This document shows positions 1-55,607 of a stretch of DNA of 64,000 bases, piece by piece (within the stretch, counting starts at the first letter, position 1; each line of letters opens with the position of its first letter). Where the stretch lies: NCBI RefSeq assembly GCF_001194135.2, contig NC_068998.1, positions 17,705,546-17,769,545 of the forward strand. Reading direction: 5' to 3'. The notes under the pieces were generated by a model. That model searched no databases, was not told where the DNA came from, and was given only the letters and a program-made list of their open reading frames with translations. Position numbers and translations under genes: made by a program. The stretch is from Octopus bimaculoides. Lineage: Eukaryota.

Positions 1-1432
1 TTGTACATAAGCTTGATCGATTCACGTTTTAGCCACTGCTGGGTAGTGTGTTTAATTTGTTCACTGAACACCGCCGCAAATTCCCCCTTGTTTTTCAAAG
101 ATCCCACCTAAATCACAAAATAAGGGAGGAGGAAATCTGCCCTATTTTTCAAATCCTGACAACAACATTGTAGCTCAAGTCAGGATAATTATCTAATTCT
201 ACACATTCAAGAATATAAACACGTTTTTAAGCACAACACACGCGGAGTCAAAAAGAAACACTGCCTTTCATCAGCACACCAGGGTCGGCACTACGTGAAC
301 CACAGTACTCTCTCTCTCTCTCCCTAGCTTGCAGCTTCTTATCTCGGATATGTGAGCATGTGCACAACAGCCAAACACCGCGTCGGTGGAACTGTGAAGT
401 GCACAGTTCTATACAAGAATTTTTGTGTTTTTTTTTGTTTCATAAACTAGGGGATGGCTACTGACGGATTAACGATTATATAATGTATAAGTATAAAGAA
501 AGAATTAAAGTAAAAAGGACTCATTATATTGGATGTTATCGGTAATATCGAGTGGAAATAGGAGGTGCTACAGTTCCGCAGTGCCTATACACGAGCCGAC
601 ACTGGTGGCGAGCTATTTACGTTCTGAGTTCAAATCCAGCCGGTTGATAAAATAATGTACCAGTCAATTAAGTACTGAGGTCGATGGTATGGATTTACCC
701 CTGCCCTCAGAAATTACCGGCTTTCTGCCTAAATCAGAAACCATTATCGTTAGAAATGTCGGAGAGAAAATTGCTTCATGATATTTCTTTCGTTCTTCAT
801 TGAAATCCTGCCAAGGTAAACGTCGCCTTTCATCGTTTCGGGATCGATTAAAATCAAGTACCAGACTAGAACTGGAGTTGATAGTATCGCCTAACCTCTT
901 CCTCAAGAAACTGCTAGTCTTGAACCTAAATCAGAATCCATTATTAAAACGATTAATCGGCAGAATATTTAGAGCGACAGTAAAATTGTTTTGCAGTTTT
1001 TGCTCTAGTTCTTAACATTCCGAATTCAAATTCCACCGAGGTCAGCTTAACCTTCCATTCCTATTATCGTTGTTGTTCAGTTCTGATTTTTAGTGCATGC
1101 TCAAATGGCATTAGCGAGCGCAGCTCTGTGAACTTTGAGTATGTACAAGGTTTTGTTATTCTTACTCTCGTGAATTTTCCCTACGTAATACGTGCGCGGT
1201 ACCTCGGGGAGCAATTGTTGTTGTTGTTGTTGCTGTCGTCATCGTTGTTGTTGTTAAAGCAATGAACTTGCAAAACCGTTAGTACGCTGGGCCAAATGCT
1301 TAGTTGTAGTTCTGGATTCAAATTCCGCCGAGGCCGATTCCACCCCACTCCGGACCGATTTTGGCTATTTTTTTTTTGTACTTAAAAACCATGGAAGGAG
1401 CCTTTTCGGTAAAAAAAAAAAAAAAAAAAAAA

Positions 1433-1769
1433 NNNNNNNNNNNNNNNNNNNNNNNNNNNNNNNNNNNNNNNNNNNNNNNNNNNNNNNNNNNNNNNNNNNN
1501 NNNNNNNNNNNNNNNNNNNNNNNNNNNNNNNNNNNNNNNNNNNNNNNNNNNNNNNNNNNNNNNNNNNNNNNNNNNNNNNNNNNNNNNNNNNNNNNNNNNN
1601 NNNNNNNNNNNNNNNNNNNNNNNNNNNNNNNNNNNNNNNNNNNNNNNNNNNNNNNNNNNNNNNNNNNNNNNNNNNNNNNNNNNNNNNNNNNNNNNNNNNN
1701 NNNNNNNNNNNNNNNNNNNNNNNNNNNNNNNNNNNNNNNNNNNNNNNNNNNNNNNNNNNNNNNNNNNNN
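1433..1769. other. Assembly gap (other gaps: 3487-3628, 19953-20154, 24007-24164, 52794-53087, 58657-59089)
   Basis: Runs of N, mostly bordered by microsatellites or poly-A. Confidence 0.99.
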
Positions 1770-3640
1770 ACTTGTTATTGGAGCTGGCAGAATTATTAAT
1801 GCACCTCCACCAAGTACTTCATTTCCTAGAAATAGCAGCCAAATCTTCTTCAAATCAAACTCTACCATCATTTAGAAAAATGTGTTACTGAGTACACAGT
1901 ACATAGAAAATTAGCGAAAAATTGTTGAACAGATTTCCAACAAATTCGGCAAAAATAATCAGTGGGTGAGTGGTTTGAAACGAGATTATCTTCAAACATA
2001 CATTAATACAAACACAGATACGCACAGCGTAATTTATTATATAAACAATATATGCGTATAAATTACCATTTTTCTGTAATTTTGTCTGCTTCAAAAGAAA
2101 ACAAACCAAAAAACCGGATGAAATACGTCATAATTATTAGGGAATAAGGAAATAATTAACAGGGAATAACATTTTTCTCACCGGCAAAAATTATTGTTTA
2201 CAAAAACAGCAGTAACTGTATTCAGCTGAATAGACGTCAGTGATTGGTTGAAATTACAGAAATACAACAACTTTAACATGAAATAACTTGCGATGTACAA
2301 TTTGTTGTTAAGAAGGCTAAGAGAAAAAGTTGTTTTATATGACACATTCTACCAGTATGTGCTTTAGAGCTGGCATCCAAAACAAATAAAAAAAAATCGG
2401 ACTGTCAGTATCTGCTTTGAAATTTTTTTTCTGTTTCAGACCGCAAGATCAAAAATTTTCGTAATCTGTATTATAATACTTTGGCAAGATCATTAGAGCA
2501 TCAGACAAAATGCCTTGTAATATTTTGTTTGCTTTGAGCTCAAATTCTATTCATGCCAAACTTTACCTTTCATCCTTCTAGATGAAAGGTAAACGTAACA
2601 ATGCAACAAATGAAATTACTAATCAAGCCCTGGGAATGAATTTTATGGACTGTACCCTCCTCCCCAAAACATTGCGGCCTTGTAACAATGTCAGAAAGCA
2701 TACTGTAAAAACCAGTAAAATACTAGGGTCACGTACTTCGATTATTCCGTACCACTCGGAAAAATGTACAAATTTGTGCCTATGTTAGAAACAATGATTA
2801 CAAACCCAACAGATATTGTCGTCAGGACAATTCGACTACATCTGAAGGTTTCTTGATATACTGAATCCAAAAATGGAATCTATTTTTCACTACCACATCT
2901 AGATTTCAAGATATCAACCCACCACCACCAATGTCATTCTAAAAATTAATAGTTACCTCATCAAAATCTCAAAGCTTCAAGATAATCTTTTCTACTGGAA
3001 GCACAAGGCCTGGGGGAAGGGATTAAGTCGATTACATCAATCCCAGTGTGTAACTAGTACTTATTTAATCGACCTCAAAAGGATGAAAGCAAAGTTGACC
3101 TCAGCGGAATTTGTACTCAGAACGTAGCAGCAGACGAAATACCGCGAAGCATTTCGCCTGGCGTGCTAACGATATATATTTATATACACACACGATATAT
3201 ATTTATATATATACACATGATATATATATATACACACACGTATATACACTTATACACATATATGTATACACACACACATAAACATATATATACACACACA
3301 TAAACATATATATACACACTTATACACATGTATACACACACACAAACATATATACACACTTATATACATATTTGTATACATATATACACTTATACACATA
3401 TATGTATACACACATATACATACATACATACATACACACACATATACACACACACACACACATATACACACACATATACACACATANNNNNNNNNNNNNN
3501 NNNNNNNNNNNNNNNNNNNNNNNNNNNNNNNNNNNNNNNNNNNNNNNNNNNNNNNNNNNNNNNNNNNNNNNNNNNNNNNNNNNNNNNNNNNNNNNNNNNN
3601 NNNNNNNNNNNNNNNNNNNNNNNNNNNNACACACACATAT

Positions 3641-3675
<35 letters not shown>

Positions 3676-3678
3676 CAC

Positions 3679-3725
<47 letters not shown>

Positions 3726-3760
3726 TATATACATGTATACACACATATATACATATGTGT

Positions 3761-6583
3761 AGTTTGTCCGTCGATGCGACGAAGACCATCTAATCATCCT
3801 GGGGTGGGGGTGGGCTTGTTTTGTGAGTCTGCAGATGGCTAGGGAGGCCAATCTGCACTCGAAGGGGTCTTTGACAGTGTGGACAGGGAATAGTAGCGCC
3901 TGCTACAGAGTTGTTAGCTCTGTTCTTCCTGGCTTGTCTGCGGTCTTCTGCAGCAGCGATCCTATTGGTCTCGCATGTGTTGGAACCTTTGTGGGCAGCT
4001 GATCACCACCTTTCTCTGTCTAGAGCAGACTGCTCCCAAGTGTCATGGTCGATGTTGAAGGCTTTCAGTGAGGCTTTCAGTGTGTCCTTAAAGCGCTTCT
4101 TCTGGCCGCCTTGTGGGCGCTTTCCCTTTTGCAGCTTGCCAAAGAGCCAATCTTTTTGGTAATCGATCGTCTGACATGCGAGCTATGTGCCCTGCCCAGC
4201 GAAGCTGAGACTGCATTAAGATGGTATGGATGCTGGGCAGGTTAGCACGTATTAGTACCTCGGTGTCCGAGATCCTGTCCTGCCACTTTATGCCGAGAAG
4301 TTTTCTGAGGCGTATTGTATGAAAGTGGTTCAGCTTCCTGGCATGACGCTGGTGGACCGTCCAGGACTCGCAGCCGTAAAGCAGCGTTGTGAGAACAACA
4401 GCCCAGTACACCTTGATCTTTGTCATGATAGTGATCCCCCTCTTGTTCTAGACAGCCTTGCGTAACCTGCCGAAGGCAGCGCTTGCCTTGGTGAGTCTGG
4501 CGTTGATTTCGTCATCGACGACATTTCTAGAGAATGTGCTGCCAAGGTAAGTGAACTTGTCCACTGCGTTCAGTCGCTGCCCGTTGGTGATCTTGGTTTC
4601 AACGTAGGGCTTGGTTGGAGCTGGCTGATACATTACCTCAGTCTTTTTTGTATTGATAGTAAGGCCAAAGTTGTTGCAGGCGCGAGAGAACAAGTCAACG
4701 CTGTGCTGCATGCTGGACTCAGCGGCAGCATTGAGAGCGCAGTCATCGGCGAACAGGAGGTCGTTGACGGTGTTTACTGAAACCTTGGTTTTCGCTTTGA
4801 GCCTCCCGAGGTTAAAGACTGAACCGTCGGACCGGTACTTGATGCCGATGCCTATGTCTGTGTCCCTGAAAGCATCTGTCAGCATGGCTGAGAACGTAAG
4901 CCTGAACAAGGTGGGAGCAAGGACACATCCTTGTTTCACTCCGTTGGAGACAGGGAATGGATCAGAGGGCTCTCCGTTGACCTGTACCCTTGCCAACATG
5001 CCATCGTGTTGTCTTACGATGGTGATGAATTTTCTGGGGCATTCATACTTCGCCAAGATTCTCCAAAGACCTTCTCTACTAACGGTATCAAAGGCCTCGG
5101 TCAGATCGATGTAGGTGGAGTAAAAGTCGACGTTCTGCTCCCGACACTTCTCCTGCAGCTGTCTTGCAGCAAACACCATGTCGATAGTCCCACGCTCTTT
5201 CCAGAAGCCACACTGGCTCTCAGGTAGGAGACTTTGCTCTAGGCGTGCAATGAGGTGGTTGAGCAAAACTCTAGCCAGGATCTCGCCTGTGATGGACAGC
5301 AGTGAAATTCCGCGATGATTGTCGCAGACCTGGTGGTTTCCATTGCGCTTGTAGAGGTGGATGATGGAGGCGTCCTTGAAGTCTTGAGGCACTGTCTCGT
5401 GCATCCAGATGAGCTGAAACAGCTGGTGAATTTTCCTAGTCAGAGCCATACCGCTTTCTTTGAATACTTCAGCAGGGATGGAGCCCGGCCCAGGTGCTTT
5501 GCCACTGGACAGTAGGCGGCATGCTTTCTGAATTTCCTCCAAAGTTGGTTCGACGTCCATTGACGAATCCAAATGAGACCAAGGACAAATTCTATGAAGA
5601 CTTGAGCTGTGTCATCACCGAGGTTCCCCGCGCAGACAAACTCATCATTCTAGGCGACTTCAATGCGAGAGTTGGTCGTGGTGGTGTCTCCTGGGAAGGA
5701 GTGATTGGGAAACATGGAGTTGGCAACTGCAACAACATCAGTCTGCTACTCCTCCAGACCTGTGCAGAGCATGGCCTCCTGATCACCAACACCATCTTTA
5801 ACCTCCCCACCCGCAACAGAACGTTATGGATGCATCGCCACTCAAAGCACTGGCACCTCATCGACTACGTTATCATAAGGAAGAGGGACAGGCAAGACGT
5901 ACGAGTTACGAAGACCATGTGTGGCGCAGAATGCTGGACAGACCACCGCCTTGTTGTATCCAAACTCAACCTTAGAGTTCAGCCCAAGAGACGACCATAA
6001 AATAGGAAAGCACCAAAACGCTTGAACATCGGCAAGCAGAAGGATAGCAACGTCAAGCAGCTATTTACCGATACATTGGAGCAACGCTTGGACCCCATTG
6101 TGCTACAAGGCAAGGATATTGAGGAAGCCTGGACTGCACTCCGGGTGACGTTGTACGACACAGCCATGGAATGCCTTGGACCATCTACAAAGAAGCACAA
6201 GGACTGGTTTGATGAGAACTGCACGGAGATCAAGCAACTACTAGAGGAAAAGCATCGTGTTTACAAAGCTCACCTCACTGACCCCCAAGTCAGTTTTAAA
6301 GAAGGACAGACTGCGGATTGTACGGAGCACCATCCAAACGAAGTTGCGCCAGATCCAGGATTCCTGGCTTAGCAGCAAAGCAGACATGATCCAAAGCTTT
6401 GCAGACAGAAATGACGAAGAATTTCTATGACACTTTGATGGAAGTTTACGGCCCTACTACTACAAGAACAGTCTCCCCTCCTTACTGCTGACGGGGGCAA
6501 CACTGATCACCGACAAGGAAAAGGGATTAGAGAGATGGGCTGAACATTTCGACAGCGTCCTGAATAGGCCTTCCACCATCAAT
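3761..6583 (-). mobile_element. RTE-clade LINE, 5'-truncated, with its 5' part inverted
   Basis: Minus strand 5572-3761: RT motifs (KAPGPGSIPAE, YIDLTEAFDTV, GVKQGCVLAPTLF, LLFADD, FTYLGS), C-terminus and 3' end running into a CA/TA microsatellite. Plus strand about 5561-6583: AP endonuclease motifs (LGDFNARVG, HLIDYVI, TDHRLV) through RWAEHFDSVLNRPSTIN. Frameshifts and stops present. Confidence 0.92.
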
Positions 6584-7799
6584 AGGCTATATACACACAT
6601 ACATATATATGTATACACACACACATATATATATACACACACATACACATACAGACACACACATCTATATATACATACACACACACATATATATACACGC
6701 ACACATACATATATTTACACATGTACACTCACATTTATATACATACATATATAAATAAGCATTACCTTTGAGTAATTTCAGTGTTAAAGGGTTAAAGAAA
6801 ACCATTATAGATATAAGAAAAGAGGAAGAAAAGGCTAGATTTATAAGCAAATAGTGTGATTTTATTATTATTGCAACCAATGAATATTAATTTTATACAT
6901 TGTGGGTTATAATAATAGGGCATTATCACATGACACTGGACCCTGATATAAAAACATAATGGTGATACATAAAATAAAGAGAGGGAGTAAAAAAATAAAC
7001 AAATACACAGAAATATATAGAGAAAGAGACTGACAGAACAGAGAGAAAGCTTGAAGTAAAAACAGACAAGTGAAACAAAATACAAAATAGCATTGAGAAG
7101 GAAAAGAGATTGAGACAGGAGAGAAGAATAGCAAATTACTCAGGAGGAAACAATAAGGAAACAAATTCTTCACATTCATAGCCATACATACAGAGAGGGG
7201 GAGGGGGAGAGAGAGAGAACCATCCAGTGGCATTCTTAACTGTTGGTGATTAAAAAAAGGGAAAAGAGACAAGGATAGGTCAGTAAACAATTGGAACTTT
7301 GGCTTCAGGGAGATAACATTGTTTGGAAAACATAGTAAAAAGACTATGATGTGGTGGTGGTAGTGGTGGTAGTGGACGGAGGTTTTCCCTGATTAAACAA
7401 GATATGTCTAACATCTTATTATTGTGTGGAAGTTAGAGAGTATATAAAATATGTACATATTAAATAACAGTCTCTCTCTCTCTCTCTCTATCCCATCCTA
7501 TGTTTTTAGTACGTCAACTGCCAAGGGTTCTGAAAAACTGATGTTTTACACATGAGCTGATAGTTGAGATGCACAACTCCTCTCTCAGAGAAATGGGGTG
7601 TCAGCCTCCTCATTAGTGTCATTATCAGCAATATTCATGTAGGAAAGGGTCAAACTATATAAAGCAAAACAAAAACAAGGACAATATCTTTGAACAGGGC
7701 ACACACCAAAACTGAGAGGAGAAGGTATGGATGTAAATAAATATTCATTAATATATCGTTAGCATTTAGATTTTTTTTCTAAACCCACCAAATATTAGT

Positions 7800-9523
7800 T
7801 TCAAACTTTGGCACAAGGCCAGCAATTTTGGGAAAGGGGATAAGTCAATTACATTGACCCCACTGCTCAATTGCTATTTAATTTATCAACCCTGAAAGGA
7901 TGAAAGGCAAAGTCAACCTTGGTGGAATCTGAACTCAGGACGCAAGGACGGATGAAATACCACCAAGCATTTCGCCCGACATGTTAACGATTCTGCCAGA
8001 TTACTGCCTTAAGTCCCACCAAATATTATGTAGAAATAATTATCTTCCTTGTAATAACTATAACCAGTAAGACATGGATTTAATTTTATCAAACTTGGAA
8101 AAAGACTGGAACTGACAAATTTTGAACTCAGAACATAAAGAGTTGCAACTAAAGAGTCGAAAAACTGTTCAGTACTTTTAATATTTTCACTACACCATTC
8201 TTAGTGGTTTCTGACATAGGTACAAGACTTGAAATTTGAGGGAATAGGATTAGTTGATTTTATTAATCCCAGCATTTGACTAGTACTTTTATTTTTATCA
8301 ACTCTCTAAAAGGCTAAATGACAAAGATAACTTCAGCAGAATTTGAACCCTGAATCTAAATAACTACAATTAAATACTGCAAGAATCTAAAGAACCTTTA
8401 ACTAAATACAGCAATCCATTGCTCTACCACTTGTCAAATAATGTTTTTAATATAACGTTAACAAAATTATTTATTTATTTTTTTGTCTTAGTGTTATTTT
8501 CTATTTGCTTCTATCTAGAAATCAAAGGAAATAACTGCTATTCCCTTCAAACTTTGCTTTTGTGATCTGAACATTTATGTCTTCAAGCTGACTTATTTTC
8601 CATTACATTTCAGACATATTCAACGCTGAGTTGCTAAAGCAGAAATATCGTTATAGCAAATATTCTGCTCACTACCACAAATTTGCTTGTCAGTTGCTTG
8701 ACCATAAACACTGGAACATGTCCCTTAGTGACTGACAACATGTGCATCTCTGATCATGAGCAAGAGTAGTAGGGAAGCATCATAGCCATGTGTTGAAAGG
8801 GTTCTTTGGGGCTTGAATAAATGTAACAAATGCAAAGTTTGAAGAAAATATTAGCTATTTTTCATACTTTCTAGGGGTAAGCAAATAGGAAATTTTGGTA
8901 CAAGGCTATCAGTTTTAGAGGGAAGAGGTTAATCTATTACAGAGTCTCCAGCACTTGGCTGGTACTTTATTCTATTAACCCCATAAGGAGGAAAGGTAAA
9001 GATGACCTCAGCAGAATTTGAACCCAAGCCAGAAGAAATATCATAAAGCATTTTTTCCAACACTAACAATTCCTCCAGCAAATCACTCTCAACAATAACA
9101 ACTCCTTCTAGTATAAGCACAAGGACTAAAATTTGGTGGGAGAGGACAGTTGACTACATCGACCCCGGTGCTCAATTGATACTTATTCTATCAACCCTGA
9201 AAGGATGAAAAGCAAAGTCAACCTCAGCAGAATTTGAACTCAGAATGTAAAGCCAGAAGAGATAGTTCTAAGCATTTTATCCAGTGTACTTGCAATTCTG
9301 CCAACTCACCACCTTAACAATAATAATATTCCTTTCTGCTAAAGGAACAAGGCCTGAAATTTACAGGGAGGGGAGTAGTCAATTACATCGACCCCCAGTG
9401 TTCCACTGGTACTTAATTTATCAACCCCAAAAGGATGAAAGGCAGAGTTGACCTCGGCAGAATTTGAACTCAGAACATAACAGCAGGCAAAATACCACTA
9501 AGTATTTCACCTGGCATGCTAAA

Positions 9524-9559
<36 letters not shown>

Positions 9560-9679
9560 ACAATATCAAGAATTCACTGTCTCGAAACTCAGGAAGAGAA
9601 ATAATTGGTTTTGATATGGTCTGTTACAAAATATAGCAGTAAAAAGGTTAAATATTCCTGAGCAACATGAAAATGTTCC

Positions 9680-9721
<42 letters not shown>

Positions 9722-10137
9722 CATATAAACACACACAAACGTAAGAGTGTACATGCACAGGTACATGAAGATTAAAAAGTTGTGTATTAATTATATCACT
9801 GTATCAGAGAATAGGTAAAAATATATCAGACAATAAACTAAACTGCGAAACAACTTTCTTCCATTAAAAATCCAAAAAAAAAATGGCTCTCTTCTAATAC
9901 ATATATACATATTCCCTCTCAATAATAGTTTCAAATTTTGGTACAAGGCCAGCACTTTTGAGAAAGGGGTAAACTGATTAAATCAACCCCAGTGCTCAAC
10001 TGGGGCTTATTTTATTGACCCCAAAAGGATGAAAGGCAAAGTCGACCTTGACAGAATTTGAACTCAGAACGTAAAGACACAAATGAAATGCCACTAAGAA
10101 TCTCACCTAGCATGCTAATGATTCTGCCAGCTCGCTG
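7800..10137 (-). mobile_element. Cluster of tRNA-derived SINE family A copies (others near 606-860, 1270-1350, 2995-3172, 14860-14980, 37220-37428, 47080-47250)
   Basis: Recurrent core, read on the minus strand here: gagttcaaattccgccgaggtcgactttgcctttcatcct. Confidence 0.8.
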
Positions 10138-10227
10138 TCTTATAATTAATTCACTGAATATTACATAGATTTTCCAATGACACCAATACAATACCAAAAT
10201 GAAATTTCAACAAAAGTATAAAAGCAA

Positions 10228-10233
10228 TTTATT
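10228..10233 (-). terminator. Candidate KIF23 polyadenylation signal (AATAAA)
   Basis: First minus-strand AATAAA I found after the stop codon, followed by a T/GT-rich tract; several ATTAAA sites closer to the stop (e.g. about 10800) are alternatives. Confidence 0.3.
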
Positions 10234-11716
10234 CCTAAAATGTACTAGGGTCTTTCAGTTTTGAATTTTCCCTGCTTTTAATAAATTGACTAAGAAAGAT
10301 GAAATTAGCTATTATAAACTACATCCAAAAGTCGGAGCCTGGTTTAGAAGTTCCTGGATTTTGAGGGGTGTGGAACCACCTTTTAGCTCCCATTTTTCCT
10401 AGGTCTACTCTGACCCAGAGTAGTAGCACCTGTCAAGATCCCAGCTATGAGTTAAATAGCATGTAACCACCTGGTCCAGGCTATGTTGAAATAATGGGAT
10501 GCAACATGATGAATGTGAGTTATTTCAACAGATGAACTTATGGAGTCAATGGTAAATATCACTAGATGCTAAGCAGATTAACAGACAACAAACTGTCAAG
10601 ATCAAACCATTTCAGTAAGTGAAATACTGCTACCATCTGTACTCGTGGCATGCACAGATGAGACATTTCAGCTAACAATGAACCACTGTGACTAAAACCT
10701 AGGCAGAGACATTCATGCTTCATCACTCAAATGGGATGTTTGGCATAGAAGAGTTACAGTGATCTGGGTCACTCAATAAAGATGATGACGTTCAAAATAT
10801 TTAATTCACATTTATATGTATATCTTAATATTTAACATAAGTTTAATTATGCAAGCTAGATAATAAAAAACCTTATATGTATATCTTATTAATATTTAAT
10901 ATAAGTTTAATTTATGCAAGTTGGATAATAAAAAGCCTTTTTTTTTATATAATCAATTTAAAGATACAGCATACCAATTCCATTTCTTTAAACAAGTGAT
11001 AAATTTTGCTTGTTATAGAAATGCGTAGAGATGTGAATCAACACCAGAATATTACAGGTTCACTGAACATAGAAGGAAGAATAATGCAACAATAACTAAA
11101 AACCTACCAAATTAAAGCAAAATAAGGAAAAATTCAATCTGGTGTTCTACTATATATCTCTCCACATTTTTGAATAATATAAAACTATTAACTAGCATTA
11201 AAAATTTTGATTACAGGCTAAACATGACATTGACTAAAGACTAAATGTCTACATTTAGTTAATATAAACTTTAATACATATACAATTGGTTTCTTATATA
11301 TTTCTCTCATTTCCACAGACAGCTAGTGAAGCACATAGCATAATGTGACTGGTCATAAAAAAAAAATACAGTATGCTATATGTATATATATATGTGCTAT
11401 ATACAGTGTGTTATATATATATATATTTACTTGTAGAATTTATCTTCAATAGACATAATATTTACACCAATTTTTTAAGATAATTCAGAAGCATTAATTT
11501 AATTTGATTTATATAGTTTCTATCAATTTTGTAGTATGTTTTTTCAAGCTGTTATATTAAGATACACACACAATCACGTGCACACACACACACACACACA
11601 CTTGGTTGCACTCATAACTATTAGCAGCTGGGCTACCATCACTAATTTCAGTTCCCTAATTCTCCAATATATATATATACACAGCACCAGACTCCAAATT
11701 CCACAGGGTAGATATT

Positions 11717-55031
<43,315 letters not shown>

Positions 55032-55240
55032 CTGAAAAAGAAAAAAATACATTAACTAGTAAGGCATTCATATGAAGAATTCAAATTATCTTTATCACCC
55101 CAATATAACTGCTAACGTTTACCCTTTACCATTCAGATTATTGTGTTAAATGTAATGCTTATTTATTCACCCATGCCAGCATGGAAAACAGACCTATGAT
55201 GATGATGTTTTGAATTAATTATGCTTTATCATGTAACTTC

Positions 55241-55607
55241 GCATGGAGGCGCAATGGCCCATTGGTTAGGGCAGCGGACTCGCGGTTTCAATTCCCAGAC
55301 CGGGCGTTGTGAGTGTTTATTGAGCAAAAACACCTAAATCTCCATGAGGTTCCAGCAGGGGATGGTGGCGAACCCTGCTGTACTCTTTCACCACAACTTT
55401 CTCTCTCTTACTTCCTGTTTCTGTTGTGCCTGTAATTCAAAGGGTCAGCCTTGTCACATTGTGTCACGCTGAACATCCCTGAGAACTACATTAAGGGTAC
55501 ATGTGTCTGTGAAGTGCTCAGCCACTTGCACGTTAATTTCACAAGTAGGCTGTTCCATTGATTGGATCAACTGGAACCCTTGACGTCGTAAACGACGGAG
55601 TGCCAAC
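55241..55607 (+). mobile_element. tRNA-derived SINE with 13-bp TSD
   Basis: A-box-like tggcccattggttagg, B-box-like ggtttcaattccc; TSD atcatgtaacttc / atcatttaacttc (55228-40 and 55608-20). Confidence 0.85.

Noticed and set aside
1770-1875. Short open frame beside the first gap (LVIGAGRIINAPPPSTSF...)
   Set aside because: No recognisable motif or splice context; truncated by the gap.
3250-3851. Many ORFs of the YIYI / HTHT / CVCV type here and at 12095-12547, 16091-16375, 19890-20315, 23785-24296, 52651-53143, 58606-59360
   Set aside because: They are translations of dinucleotide microsatellites and N gaps, not genes.
55241-55285. tRNA-like A and B boxes (also about 14405-14475)
   Set aside because: SINE heads; no complete cloverleaf, and they continue into SINE body.
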